Source: Isurus oxyrinchus (taxonomy: Eukaryota). From it: a DNA stretch of 64,000 nt. Positions within the stretch are counted from its first letter, which is position 1. The number at the start of each line of letters is the position of its first letter. This document shows, one piece after another, positions 12,455 through 28,200 of the stretch. The notes beneath the pieces were generated by a model that worked only from the letters and a program-made list of their open reading frames with translations, did no database searches and was not told where the DNA came from. A program made the position numbers and the translations under genes. The stretch covers positions 86,242,001 through 86,306,000 of the forward strand of contig JANJGN010000016.1 of NCBI GenBank assembly GCA_026770705.1. The letters are read 5' to 3'.

Positions 12455-12683
12455 CTATCATGTGCAATAGCCTTTTATGTGACACCTTATTGAATGCCTT
12501 CTGGAAATCCAAATACACGACATCTACCGGTTTCCCTTTATCAACTCTGCTTGTTACATCCTCAAAGAGCTCTAGCGAATTTGTCAAACCTGATTTCCCT
12601 TCACAAAACCATGTTGTCTCTGTTTGATTGCTTTAAGCTTGTCTAAATGTCCTGCTATTTCTTCCTTAATAATGGACTCTAGC
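12455..12683 (-). mobile_element. CR1 LINE reverse-transcriptase fragment
   Basis: LESIIKEEIAGHL...QHGFVKG (frameshift) LTNSLELFEDVTSRVDKGKPVDVVYLDFQKAFNKVSHKRLL. Confidence 0.93.
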
Positions 12684-13224
12684 TCTGCCTTAACGGTCAC
12701 CGGTAGGACCACCCACCCTTCCCCCACCCCCACTAAAACCCCAGCCATGACAGAGCTTTCACAAAGGGGGTTGGATCTGAATGAGTGCTGGAAGGTGATA
12801 TCAGCCTGAGTCAGGGCCCTGTCAAACTCAATCCTTTGGATTAGAGCACAGCCCGAACTTACTCTACTGGAATAACATGGATCAGGAAGATGTGCCAAGC
12901 CTGAACCTATCAGCTGCGAGGCCTGGAGGTCTTTGGGGCATGAGGCATATGCACTTTGGACGTAGCCCATTTACAGTTGGATCCTTCTGACCTTTGCACT
13001 TTCCTACGAGAGGGGCAAAGGGTCATTGGAATCCAATCCAATCATGGCGTCAATCCTTCATTGGTTCTCATAGGAATGTGCACCATGGGTGAAGGTGCCT
13101 GTTCATGGTTCCACTCTCTTTACCCCCCGGCAAGTTAAACCAACTCCCTTCAACTTATTGTTAGCTTAAAGCCTCGACTAAAAGAGATTCTAAGCATTAA
13201 AGTAACATAGTCTGAGACTGGGCC

Positions 13225-16200
13225 TCCCCCCCACACCCCCGGCATCACCTAGACCCCCACCCATGGCATTATCCAGGCACCCACCCATGGCATCACCCAA
13301 CCCAACCACTAGCAACACCCACACTCCTACCGCTGGCATTACCCACTCCCCCACTCCTGGCATCACCCAGCCCCTCATCTCCGGCATCAACCACCCTCCC
13401 ACCCCCAGCATCACCCACCCCCCTACCCCAGGCATCTCCCACGCCCACAACCCCGGCATCACCCACCTCCCCACCCCCGGCATCATCGAACCCCGCCACA
13501 CCCGGCATCACCTACCCCTCAGCTCCGGCATCACACATCACGTCACCCCAGGCATCAACCACCCACCCTACCACCGGTATCACTCACCTCCCCAACCCCG
13601 GCATCATTCAGCCCCCTATCCCATGCATCACCCAACCCCTTAGCCCCAGCCTCACCTATTCCCCCATCCCCGGCATCACCCACCCCCTACACCCCCGGCA
13701 TCAGCCAAGCCCTCAACACCGGCATCACCCACAAAACCCAACCCCACTCCCGGCATCATCCACGCCCCCTACTCCGGCATCACCCTCCCCCTCACTCCCA
13801 GCATCACACACCCCACCAACCCTTGGCATCACCCACTATCTCAGGCCCCACATCACCACCCCCCCAACCCTGGCAACACCCAACCCCACCCCCAGCACTG
13901 GCATCACCCACCTGCAGCATGACCCATCGCCCCACCCCTGGCAACACCCACCACCCCACCCCCGGCATCACACACCCCTTAACACCTGGCTTCACCCATG
14001 ACCCCATTCCCGGCATCATAAATCCCCCCCACCCCAAGCATCACCCACACCCTAAACACTGCCATCACCCACCCCGGCATCATCCACCCCCACTACCCCT
14101 GTCATCACCCACCAGCCCCACCCTCCGCATCACCCACCCCCTCACCGCCAGCAGCACCCACACTCCCAACACTGGCATCACCCAGTCCGCCCCCCCACTC
14201 CTGGCATCACCCACAACACCACCACCGGCATCACCCACAAACCCCCACCCACACTCCCGGCATCACCCACCCCACCAACCCAGGGATCACCCACTCCCGG
14301 CATCACCCACCCCACCATCCCTGGCATCAACCACCCCACCCACAGCCCCTGGCATCACCTAACCACACCCCCACCAACGGCATCACCCACCCCCTGACCC
14401 CGCCATCACCAACACCACCATCCTCGGCATCAATCACCCCCTCACCCCCGGCATCACACACCCCACCACCTACGGCATCACCCACCCCCAGCATCACACA
14501 ACCCCTCACCACCGGCATTACCCACACCCCCATACAAGGCATCACCACTCCCCCCACCCCCGGCATCACCCAACCCCTCACCCCAGGCAACACCCACCAG
14601 CCCCACACCCAACATCACACACCACCTCACCACTGGCTTCAACAAACACCCCACCCCACCAGCATCACCCACTCCCCCACTCCCAGCATCACCCACCATC
14701 CCATTCCCGGCATCACACACTCCCTCACCTGGGGCATCACATACCCCCTCACCCACGGCATCACCCCCCCACCCCCGGCATCACCCACACCTCCGCCGCC
14801 GGCATCACCCACGCCCACACCCCTGGCATCACTCAAACCCTCACCCCAGCATCACCCACCCCCTCACTACTGGCATCACCCCAGCAACACCCACGCCCCC
14901 ACCCCCGGCAACACCCACCACCCCCACACCCGGCATCACACACCCTCTCACCCCTGGCTTCACCCACCAAACCACTCCCAGCATCATAAATCCCCCCACC
15001 CCCAGCATCACCCACCGCCCCCACCCACTGCATCACCCACCCCCTCACCGCCAGCAACACCCACACCCCCAACACTGGCATCACCCACCCCAACCCCACT
15101 CCCAGCTTCACCCACACCACCACCACCGGCATCATCCACAACCCTCACCCCCACTCCCGGAATCACCCACCCCACCAACCCTGGCATCACCCAGTCCAGG
15201 CATCACCCACCCCCCTACCCATGGAATCACCCACACCCCCCACCCCCGGCCTCACCAATTCCCCCACTCCCGGCATCACCCACACCCCCTACTCCGGCAT
15301 CACCCACCCCCTCACTACTGGCATCACACACCCCACCAGCCCCGGCATCAGCCACCCCCATCATCACACAACCCCTCACCACCGGCATTACCCACCCCCC
15401 CAAACCAGGCATCACCAATCGCCTCACCCCCGGCATCACCCACCGCCTCACCCCAGGCAACACCCACCAGCCCCACACCCAACATCACACACCACCTCAA
15501 CACTGGCTTCACCAAACACCACACCCCACCAGCATCACCCACTCCCCCAACCCCAGCATCACCCACACCCCCAACACTGGCATCACCTACACACCCCACT
15601 CCTGGCATCACCCACCCCACCACCTCTGGCATCAACCACCCCCCCAACACCTGGCATCACCTAAACCCCCCCACCCAAGGCATTATCCAGGCCCCCACCC
15701 ACGGCATCACCCAACACCAACCACCGGCATCACCCACACCCCTACCTCTGCCATTACCCGCTTCCCCCCGCCGGCATCACCCACCCTCCCATCCCCGGCA
15801 TCACCTATTCCCCCACCCCCGGCATCACCCACCATCCCATCCCCGGCATCACCCACCCCCTCAACCCCAGTATCACGCACCACGACACCCCGGGCATCAC
15901 CCACACCCCACCCCCGGCATCACCCTTCCCACCATCCCTGGCATCAACCACCCCCTCCCCCACCACCGGCATCACCCATCCACACCCGCACCCACGGCAT
16001 CACCCACACCCTCAGCCCCGGCATCACACAAACCCCCACCCTGGCATCACACAAAGCCTCACACCTGGCCTCACCCAACCCCGCACAGCCGACATTACCC
16101 ACCACCCCATACCCGGCATCACCCACCCCCTCACCCACGGCATCACACCCCCCCAGCCCCGGCATCACTCACCATCTCAGCCCCGGCATCAAACAGCCCC

Positions 16201-19200
16201 TCACCCCCGGCATCACACACACCCTCACCACGGCATCACCCACCACCCCAACCCCGTCATGACCCACACCCCCAACACTGGCATCACCTACACACCCCAC
16301 TCCCGACATCACCCACCCCACCACCTCCGGAATCACCCATTCCCCCACACCCGGCATCACCTCGCCCCCCCCCCCCACCCAAGGCATTATCCAGGCCCCC
16401 ACCCAGGGCATCACCCAACCCCAACCACCGGCATCACCCACACCCCCAACTCTGCCATTACCCGCTCCCCCACCCCCGGCATCGCCAGCCCACCATCCCC
16501 GGCATCAAACACCAGCCTACCGCAGACATCACCCAGGCCCACAACCCCGGCATCACTCATCCCCCACCCCCGGCATCAACCACCCCCCCACCACCGGCAT
16601 TACCTATTACTCCGCCCCCGGCATCACCCACCCCCCTATCCCAGTCATCACCATGGCCACAACCCTGGCATCACCCACACCCCCTACCCCGGCATCATCC
16701 ACCCCCTCACACCCATTCCCTGATCCCGGGCATCACCCAACACCCCATCTCCAGCATTACCCACTCCATCACCCCCAGCATCGCACATCCCCCCACCCAC
16801 GGATCCCTCACCCACCACCCCCGGCATAACCAACACCCCCACCCCTGGCATCACCCACCCCCTACCTCCGGCATCACCTATGCCCACAAACCCGGCATCA
16901 CCCACCCCCTCACCCACGGCATCATCCACCCACCCCACCCCCGGCATAACCTATTGCCCCACCCCTGGCATCACACACCCCCTCACACCTGGCATCACAC
17001 ACTCCCCCCACCCCCGGCCTCACCTATTCCCCCACACCCGGCATCACCCACCCCCTCCACCCCCACAATCAGCCAAGCCCTCAACCCCAGCATCACCCAC
17101 AACACTCACCCCCACTCTCGGCATCACCTACACACCCACCCCCGGCATCACCCACTCCCCCACTTCCGGCATTAAAAACTCCCCCACCCACGGTTCCCTC
17201 ACCCCACACCCAGCATCAGCCACCCTCCCAAACCTGGCATCAACCACCCCTGGCATCACCCACCAACCCCACCCCTGGCATCACCCACATCCTCACCCCC
17301 AGCAACACCCACACCCCCAACACTGGCATCATCCACCCACCCCTGGCCTCACCCACCATCTCAGCCCCAGCATCACCCACCCTCTCAACCCTGGCATCAC
17401 CCACACCCCCACCTCCGGCAACACCCACCACCACCAACACTGGCATCACATATCCCCTCCCCCCTGGCTTCACCCAACTCCCCACAACCCCTGGCATCAC
17501 CCACCACCCCCACCCTCAGCATCATCCACCTCCTCACCGCCAGATACACCCACCCCCCCAACACTGGAATCACCCACCTAGCCCCCCCCGGCTCCCAGCA
17601 TCAACCACACCACCACCACCACCGGCATCACCTACAACGCCCACCCCCACCCCTGTCATCACCCATCATCTCATCCCCAGCAACACCTACACCCCCAACA
17701 CTGGCATCACCCACCCACCCCACCCCCGACATAACTTATTGCCCCAACCCTGGCATCACTCACCCCCCCACATCCGGCATCACCCACCCAAAACCCCAAG
17801 CATCACCCACACCCTCACCCCCGGCATCACACACCCAGTCACACTCGGCATCACCCGCCCCTCCAACCCCAGCATTATCCACACCCTCACCCCCGGCATC
17901 ACCCGCCCCTCCAACCCTGGCATAACCCACGCCCCCACACCTGGCATTACCCACCCACACCCCAACCCATGGCATCACTCACCCCCTCATCCCTGGCATC
18001 ACTCAAACCCCACCCCAACATCACCCGGACCCTCACTCCCGGCATCACACACCCCACCGCCCCCGGCATCACCCAACCCCGCACCCCGACATTACCCAAC
18101 ACCCCATACCTGGCATCACACACCACCTCACCCCCGGCTTCACCACCCCCCCCACCCCCGGCATCAGCCACCATCTCCCCCCGGCATCACCCACGCCCCC
18201 CCACCGCCGACATTACCCACACCCGGCTTGACCCATCGCCCCATCCCCGGCATCAACAACCCCCCCAACCTCCGGCATCATTCACCCCCGGCAACACCCA
18301 CCCACCCACCTCTGACAACACCCACCACCACCAACACCGGCATCACATATCCCCTCTCTCCTGGCTTCACCCAACACCCCACAACCCTGGCATCACGCAC
18401 CCTCAGCAACACCCACCCCCCAGCACTGGCATCACCCATCCCCAGCATCACCCACCACCCCCACCTTCAGCATCACCCACCCCCTCACCGCCAGCAACAC
18501 ACATCCCCCCAACACTGGCATCACCCATCCCCAGCATCACCCATGCCACCCACCCCTGGCATCACCTAGCACCCCACCCACGGCATTATCCAAGCCCTCA
18601 TCCATGGCATCACCCAACCCCAACCACCGGCATCACCCACACCCCCACCACTGGCATTACCCACTCCCCCACCCTCGGCATCACCCAGCCCCCCATCCTC
18701 GGAATCAACCAACGCCCCTTACCCCCGGCATCACTCAACCACACCCGTACCCACGGCACCAACCACCCCCTCAACCCCGGCATCACTCAAACACCCACCC
18801 CGGCATCACACAAATACTCACTCCCGGCATCACCCACCCACCCACCCATGGCATCACCTAGCACCCCACCCACGGCATTATCCAAGCCCCCACCCATGGC
18901 ATCACCCAACCCCAACCACCGGCATCACCCACACCCCCACCACTGGCATTACCCACTCCACCACCCCCGGCATCACCCAGCCCCCCATCCTTGGCATCAA
19001 CCAACACCCCTTACCCCCGGCATCACCCAACCACACCCCTACCCACGGCACCACCCACCCCCTCAACCCCGGCATCACTCAAACACCCACCCCGGCATCA
19101 CACAAACACTCACTCCCGGCATCACCCACCCAGCCACCCACGGCATCAACTAGCACCCCACCCACGGCATTATCCAAGCCCCCACCCATGGCATCACCCA

Positions 19201-22200
19201 ACCCCCACCCCTGTCATCACCGAACCCCCACCTCTGGCATCACCAACCGCACCCCCAACTCCCGGAATCACTCACAGCACCACAACCAGCATCACACACT
19301 CCCCCACACCTGGCATCACCCAGCCCCCCATCCCTGGCATCAACCACCCCCCCACACCCGGCATCACCCACACCCCCTACTCTGGCATCACCCACCCCCT
19401 CACGCCTGGTATCACCCACTCCCCCACCCCTGGCATCACCCAATCCTCACCCATGGTTCCCTCACCCCCACCCCCAGCATCAGCCCCGGCATCACTCAAA
19501 CACCCACCCCGGCATCACCCACACCCCCACCACTGGCATCACCCTGCCCCCCATCCCTGGCATCAACCACCCCCCCACTACCGGCCTCACTCACCACCCT
19601 ACCCCAGGCATCACCCAACTCCCCACCCCTGGCATCATCGGACCCCACCACCCCCGGCATCGCCCACCCCCCCCCCTCACCCCTGGCATCACACAACACC
19701 CCAACCCCCCAAACCCCCAACATCAACCACCCATCCAACCCGAGCACCGCCCACTCGCCCACACCCAGCATCAACCAACCCCCCCTACCCCCGGCATCAC
19801 CCAACCACACCCCTACCCTCGTCATCACCCACCCCCTCAACCCCAGCATCACTCAAAGCCCCACCCTGGCATCACACAAACACTCACTCCGGGCATCACC
19901 CACCCACCCACCCATGGCATCACCCACCCCCAAAACCCCAGCATCACCCAACCCCTCACCACCGGCATTACCCACACACCCATAGCCGCCACACCACTCC
20001 CCTTACCCCCGGCATCACCAACCACCCCCCCAACTCCACTCCCAGCATCACCCACCCCACCAACCCTGGCAGCACCCACTCCCGGCATCAATCACCTCCC
20101 TACACCCGGCATCACCCACCACCCCCACCCCCACCCTCAGCATCAGCCACCCTCTCACCCCAGCAACACTCACACACACAATCCTGGCATCACCCAGCAC
20201 CCCATCCCCAGCATTAACCACGCCATCACCCCCGGCATTACACACCAACCCCCATCCATGGGTTCCTTACCCACCACCCCTGGCATCACCAACACCCCAC
20301 TTCGGCATCAGCCACGACCCCACCCCCGGCATCACCCACCCCCTACCCCCGGCATCACCCACCATCCCCACCCCCAGCATAACATATTGCCTCACCACCG
20401 ACATCACACACTCCCCCACTCCCGGCCTCACCTATGCCCCACACCCGGCATCACCCACCCCCCAACCCCCGGCATCACACTCCCCCTCACCCCGGGCATC
20501 ATCCAACCCCCCCACACACCCAGCATCACCCACATCCCATCCCCGGCATCAACCACTCCCCCACACCCGGCAACACCCACACCCCCCACTCTGGGCATCA
20601 CCCACCTCACCACCACCGGCATAACCCACCACCCCCACCCCCGGTATTACCTGCCCCTCACCCCCAGCAACACCCACACCGCCATCACTGGCATCAACCA
20701 CTCCCGGCATCACCCACTCCCACCATCCCCGGCATTACCCACAACCCCCAACCCCACTCCTGGCATCACCCACACCCCCTACCCCGGCATCACCACCCCC
20801 TCATGCCCGGCATTACCCACTCCCTCACACCCAGCATCACCCAACTCCCCACCCATGGGTCCCTCATCCACCACACCCGGCATCAGCCAACTCCCACGCG
20901 CAGTATCACCCAACACCTGACACTCGGAGTCAGCCAAACCCCACCCATGGAATCACCCAACACCCAGCACCAGCTTCACCCACACCCCCAACTTTTGGCA
21001 TTAACCACTCCCCACCCCTGGCATCACCCAGGCCCCCATCCCAGGCATCAACCACCCCCCGACACACGGTATCGCCCACCCCGTACCCCACGCCCACAAC
21101 CCCGGCATCACCTATTCCCCCACCCTCTGGCATGACCCACCATCCCACCCCTGGCATCACCCACGCCCATCACCCCGGCATCACCCACCCCCTCACCCTT
21201 GGCATCACACAGCCCCCTCCAACAAAACCGACATCACCTATTCCGCCACCCCCGGCATCACCCATTCCCCCAACCCTGGCATCACCCAGCAACCCCACCT
21301 CCAGTATCTCCTCCCCCCTCACCCCCAGCAACACCCACACCACCAACACTGGCATCACCCACTCCCAGCATCACCCACACCACCACCGCCGGCATCACCC
21401 ACATCCCCCACCGTAACTCCCGGCATCACCCACACCCCCTACCCCGGCATCAACCACCCCTCGCCCCCAGCATCTCCCAACCCCCGACCTCCGGCATTAC
21501 CCACTGCCTCACCCTCAGCGTCACCCAACCCCCTACCCATGGGTCCCTCACCCCCAACCCCTCGGCATTCAGCCAAAACCCATCCACAGCATCACCCACC
21601 ACCCAACACCCAGCATCAGCCAAACCCCACCCACACCAAGCATCACCCACCCCCCCCTAACCCTGCCATCACCCACCCATGGCATGACCCAAACCCTACC
21701 ACCGGCATCACACACCCCCTCGCACCCCAGCATTATCCACCCCACCCCAACCCCGCCACCATCCACCAACCCCCCATCCCCGGCATCAACCACCCCCCCA
21801 AACAGGGCATCACCCAGCCCCCAACCCTGGTATCACCCACCCCCGGCATTACACACCCCCCTACCCATGGCATCACCCACCACCCCCACCCCCAGCAACA
21901 GCCACACTGCCAACACTGGCATCACCCACTCGCAGCATCACCCACCCCACCACCCCCGGCATCACCCAGAACTCCCACACCCACTCCTGGCATAACCCAC
22001 ACCCCCTATCCCGGCAACACAACCCCCTCACGCCCGGCATCACTCACACCCCTGACCCCGGCACAACCACCCCCTCACGCCCGGCATCACACACTCCCCC
22101 AACCCCGCATCACCCAGCCCCCACCTCCGGAATCACCCAACTCCCCCACCCATGGGTACCTCACCCCCACCCCCGGCATCAGCCAACCCCCACCACCGGC

Positions 22201-25200
22201 ATCACCCACACTCCCACCTCTGGCATTACCCACTCTCCCAACCCCGGCATCACCCAGGCCCCCATCCCAGGCATCAACCAGCTCCCCCCCCCGCTCGGCA
22301 TTACCCACCCACTTCCCCATACGTCACCCACGCCCACAACCCTGGCATCACACACCCTCTCGCCCCCAGCATTACCCACCATCCCACCACCGGCATCACC
22401 TATTTCCCCACCCCCGGCATCACCTATTTCCCCACCCCCGGCATCACCCACCATCCCAACCCCGGCATCAGCCACACCCCTACCTCAGGCATCAGCCACA
22501 CCCATCACCTCGGCATCACCCGCCCCCTCACCACCGGCACCACAAACTACCCCCACCACTGACATCACCTATTCCCCCACCACTGGCATCACCCAACGCC
22601 TCAACCCCGGCATCACCCATCACGTCACCCCCGGCATCAGCCAACCACCACACGCAGTATCACTCGCCACCCGACACCCGGCGTCAGCCAACCCCCACCA
22701 ATGGCATCACCTAGGCCCCCATCCCAGGCACCAACCACCCCTGACCCGCGGCATCGCCCACCCCCTTCCCCAGGCATCACATACGTCCACAACCCCGGCA
22801 TCACCTATTCCCCCACCCCCGGCATGACCCGCCATCCCACCCCTTGCATCATCCACCCCCTACCCCAAGCATCACCCATGCCCATCACCCCGGCATCACC
22901 CACCCCCTGCCCCACACCCGACACCACCTATTCCCCCAACATCGGCAACAACCACACCCCCAACGCTGGCACCACCCACTCCCGGCATCACCCACACCAC
23001 CACCCCCCACCCATGGGTCCCTCACCAACACCCCCGGCATTCAGCCAATGCCCACCCGCGGCTTCACCCACCACCTAACCCCTGACATCATCCAATCCCC
23101 ACCCACACCCAGCATCACCCACCCCTCCAACCCTGCCAACACCCACCTCCAGCAACACTCACACCCCCAACATTGGCATCACCCACCCACCCCCTGGCAT
23201 CACCCACCATTCAGCCCCAGCATCACCCACACCCTCACCCCCGGCATCACACACCCCCTCACCCCTGGCATCACCCACCCTTCCAACCCCGGCATGACCC
23301 ATGCCCCCACTCCCGGCATCACACACCCACCCCCCAACCCACGGCATCACCCAAACCCTCACCCCTGGCATCACTCAAACCCCCACCCCAGCTTCACCCA
23401 TCCCCTCACTCCTGGCATCACACACCCCACCACCCCCCAGCATCACCCAAATCCCGCACCTCCGACATTACCCACCACCCCATACCTGGCATCACCCCCA
23501 CACTCAACCGTGGCATCACTCAAACCCCCACCCCGGCATGACACAAACACTCACTCCCGGCATCACCCACGCCCTCACGCCGGGCATCACACACCCCACC
23601 ACCCCCAGTATCACCCAAAACCCGCATCCCCGACATTACCCACCACCCCATACCTGGCATCACACACCACCTCACCCCAGCAACAGCCACCCCGTCACCC
23701 GCGGCTTCACCCACCCCCTCAACCCTGACATCACGCCCTCCACCCCCGGCACCTCACACCTTCTCAGCCCCGGCGTCACCCAACCCCCCATCTCTGGCAT
23801 CACCCACTCCATCACCCACAGCATCACATAACCCCCCACACACGGGTCCCTCATCCACCACCCCCGGCATCACCAACTCCCCCACCCCCGGCATCAACCA
23901 CACCACCATCCCTGGCATCAGACATCCCTACCCAAGGCATCACCCACGCCCACACCCCCGGCATCACCCACACCCTTCCCCAGGCATCACCCATGCCAAC
24001 AACCCCGGCATCACCCAATCCCTCACCCCCGGCATCACCCTCCCCCCCACCACCCCCAGCCTCACCCACTCCCCCACACCTGGAATCACCCACATCCCCT
24101 ACTCTGGCATCACCCACACCCTCACCCCCAGCATCACCCACCCCCCACTACCAGCATTAACGACTCCCTCACCCCTGGCATCTCCCAACCCCCACCCACG
24201 GTTCCCTCACCCCCACCCCCAGCATCAGCCACCCCCCCCAAAGCTGGCATCACCCAACCCCGACAACACCCACTCCTCTACCCCTGGCATCACCCACCCC
24301 CCCACCCCCAGCAACACCCACACCCCCAACACTGGCATCACCGACACACCCCAATCCCGGCATCACCCACTGCACCACCTTCGGCATCACCCACCACCCC
24401 CCCACACCCCCGGCATCACCTAGACCCCCACCCATGGCATTATCCAGGCCCCCACCCATGGCATCACCCAACCCAACCACTAGCAACACCCACACTCCTA
24501 CCGCTGGCATTACCCACTCCCCCACTCCTGGCATCACCCAGCCCCCCATCTCCGGCATCAACCACCCTCCCACCCCCAGCATCACCCACCCCCCTACCCC
24601 AGGCATCTCCCACGCCCACAACCCCGGCATCACCCACCTCCCCACTCCCGGCATCATCAAACCCCGCCACACCCGGCATCACCTACCCCTCAGCCCCGGC
24701 ATCACACATCACGTCACCCCAGGCATCAACCACCCACCCTACCACCGGTATCACTCACCTCCCCAACCCCGGCATCATTCAGCCCCCTATCCCATGCATC
24801 ACCCACCCCCTTAGCCCCGGCATCACCCACTTCCCCAACCCCGGCATCATCCACCTGCCCACACCTGGCATCACTCACACCCCACCCCGGAATCACTCAA
24901 ACCCCCACCCCTGGCATCACCAACGCCCTCCACCCTCGGCATCACCCACCCCCTCAACCCCGGCATCACCCATTACGCTACCACTGGCATCACCCACCCC
25001 ACCATCCCCAGCATCACACATCCACACCAGCAATGGCATCACTTACCCCCCCACCACCTGCAACGCCCACCCCCCCACCCATGGCATCACCCAGCCCCCT
25101 AACCCCGGTATCAGCTACCACCCAATTCCCCAGCATCTCCCACTCCCCCATCCCCTGCATCACCCATGCCACCACCCCCGGCATCAGCCACATCCCACAC

Positions 25201-28200
25201 CTGGCATCTTCCACTCCCCCAGCCATGGCATCACCCAGCACCCCCACCCTCAGTATCACCTGCCCCCTCATTCTCAGCAACACCCACACCCCCAACACAG
25301 GCATCACCCACACACCCCACTCCGGGCATCACCCACCCCATCATCCCCAGCATCACACATCCACCCGAGCAATGGCATCACTTACCCCCCCACCAGCTGC
25401 AACGCCCACCCCCCCACCCATGGCATCACCCAGCCCCCTAACCCCGGTATCTGCTACCACCCAATTCCCAAGCTCTCCCACCCCCCCAACCCCTGCATCA
25501 CCCATGCCACCACCCCCGGCATCAGCCACATCCCACACCTGGCATCTTCCACTCCCCCAGCCATGGCATCACCCACACCCCCAACCCCACCGCTGGCATG
25601 ACCCAGCACCCCCACCCTCAGTATCACCTGCCCCCTCATCCTCAGCAATACCAACACCCCCAACACAGGCATCACCCACACACCCCACTCCGGGCATCAC
25701 CCACCCCACCACCACCGTATCACCCACCACCCCCACCTCCGGTAACACCTGCCCCCTCACCCCCAGCAACACCCACACCGCCAACACTGGCATCAACCAC
25801 TCCCGGCATCACCCACACCACCACCTCCGGCATCACCCACTCCCCAACCACTGGCATCACCCAACCCCCTACCCATGGTCCCTCATCCCCACCACCGGCA
25901 TCACCCACACTCCCACCTCTGGCATTACCCACACCCCCAACCCCGACATCACCTAGGCCCCCATCCCAGGCATCAACAACCCCCCCACCCCTGGCACCAC
26001 CCAGCCCCCCATCCCCGGCATCACCCACTATCCCAACGCCGGTATCACCCACTCCCCTACCCAAGGCACCACCCACCCCCTCAACCCTGGCATCACCCCT
26101 GGAACCACCCACCCACCACTCCTGGCATCACCCACCTTCCCACACCTGGCATCACCCACACCCCCACCCCCGGCATCACCCACCCCCCCACCCCAGCAAT
26201 AACCACCCCACCCCCACAACTTGCAATACCCATCCCCCACCCACGGCATCACCCAACCCCTAACTCTAGCATCACCCACCCCCTCACCCCCGGCATCAGC
26301 CACACCCCATCCCCAGCATCACCCACTATTCCAACGCCGGTGTCACCCACTCCCCTACCCAAGGCATCCCCCACCCCCTCAACCCTGGCATCACCCCTGG
26401 AACCACCCACCCACCACCCAGGCATCACCCACCTTCCCACACCTGGCATCACCCACACCCCCACCCCCGGCATCACCCAACCCCCCCACCCCAGCAACAA
26501 CCATCCCAGCCCCACACCTGCAATGCCCACCCCCCACCCACGGCATCACCCAACCCCTAACTCTACCATCACCCACCCCCTCACCCCGGCATCAGCCACC
26601 CCCCAACACTCCGGCACCTCCCACCCCCACATCCCCTGCATCACCCATAAGCCGACCATCGGCATCACCCCCCTCCCCCCACGGCATCACCCAGCAACCC
26701 CACACCCAGCAACACCCACACCCCCAACACTGGCATCACCCAGCCCCCCCACCTCCGGCATTACCCACTCCCTCACACCCAGCATCAATCAATCCCCCAC
26801 CCATGGTTCCCTCACCCCCACCACCGGCATCAACCACACTCCCACCTCTGGCGTTACCCACTCCCCCACCGCTGGCATCACCCAGGTCCCCATCCCAGTT
26901 ATCAACCACCCAACAATGCCTGGCATCACCCACCCCCTACCCCAGATGGCACCCAGTCGCACAACCCCGGCATCACACACCCCCACACCCCCAGCATCTC
27001 CCACCACACCACCCTCGGCATCACCCACTATCCCAACCCTGGGATCAGCCATGCCCATCACCCCGGCATCACCCACCGCCTCACGCCCGGCACCACAAAC
27101 CCCTCCCCACCCCCGACATCACCTATACCCCACCCCCGGCATGACCCACCCCCTCACTCCCGGCATTACCCACCCCCAGCATTACCCAAACCCCAACCCC
27201 GGCATCACCCACCCCCCAACCCCCGGCATCACACTCCCCCTCACCCCCGGCATCATCCAACCCCCCCCACACACCCAGCATCACCCACATCCCATCCCCG
27301 GCATCAACCACTCCCCCACACCCGGCAACACCCACACCCCCCACTCCCGGCATCACCCACTCCCACCATCCCCGGCATTACCCACAACACCCAACCCACT
27401 CCTGGCATCACCCACACCCCCCCACCCCGGCATCACCACCCGCTCATGCCCGGCATTACCCACTCCCTCACACCCAGCATCACCCAACTCCCCACCCATG
27501 GGTACCTCATCCACCACCCCCGGCATCAGCCAACTCCCACGTGCAGTATCACCCACCACCCGACACCCGGAGTCAGCCAAACCCCACCCATGGAATCACC
27601 CAACACCCAGCACCAGCATCACCCACACCCCCAACTTCGGCATTACCCACTCCCCACCCCTGGCATCACCCAGGCCCCCATCCCAGGCATCAAGCACACC
27701 CCGACCCATGGTATCACCCACCCCGTACCCCACGCCCACAACCCCGGCATCACCTATTCCCCCACCACCTGGCATGACCCACCATCCCACCCCTGGCATC
27801 ACCCACGCCCATCACCCCGGCATCACCCACCCCCTCACCCTTGGCATCACACAGCCCCCTCCCACAAAACCGACATCACCTATTCCGCCACCCCCGGCAT
27901 TACCCACTCCCCCAACCCTGGCATTACCCAGCAACCCCACCTCCAGTATCACCTCCCCCCTCACCCCCAGCAACACCCACACTCCCAACACTGGCATCAC
28001 CCACTCCCAGCATCACCCACACCACCACCGCCGGTATCACCTACATCCCCCACCGTAACTCCTGGCATCACCCACACCCCCTACCCCGGCATCACCACCC
28101 CCACACGCCCGGCATCAACCACCCCCCTCGCCCCCAGCATCTCCCAACCTCCGGCCTCCGGCATTACCCACTGCCTCACCCTCAGCGTCACCCAACCCCC

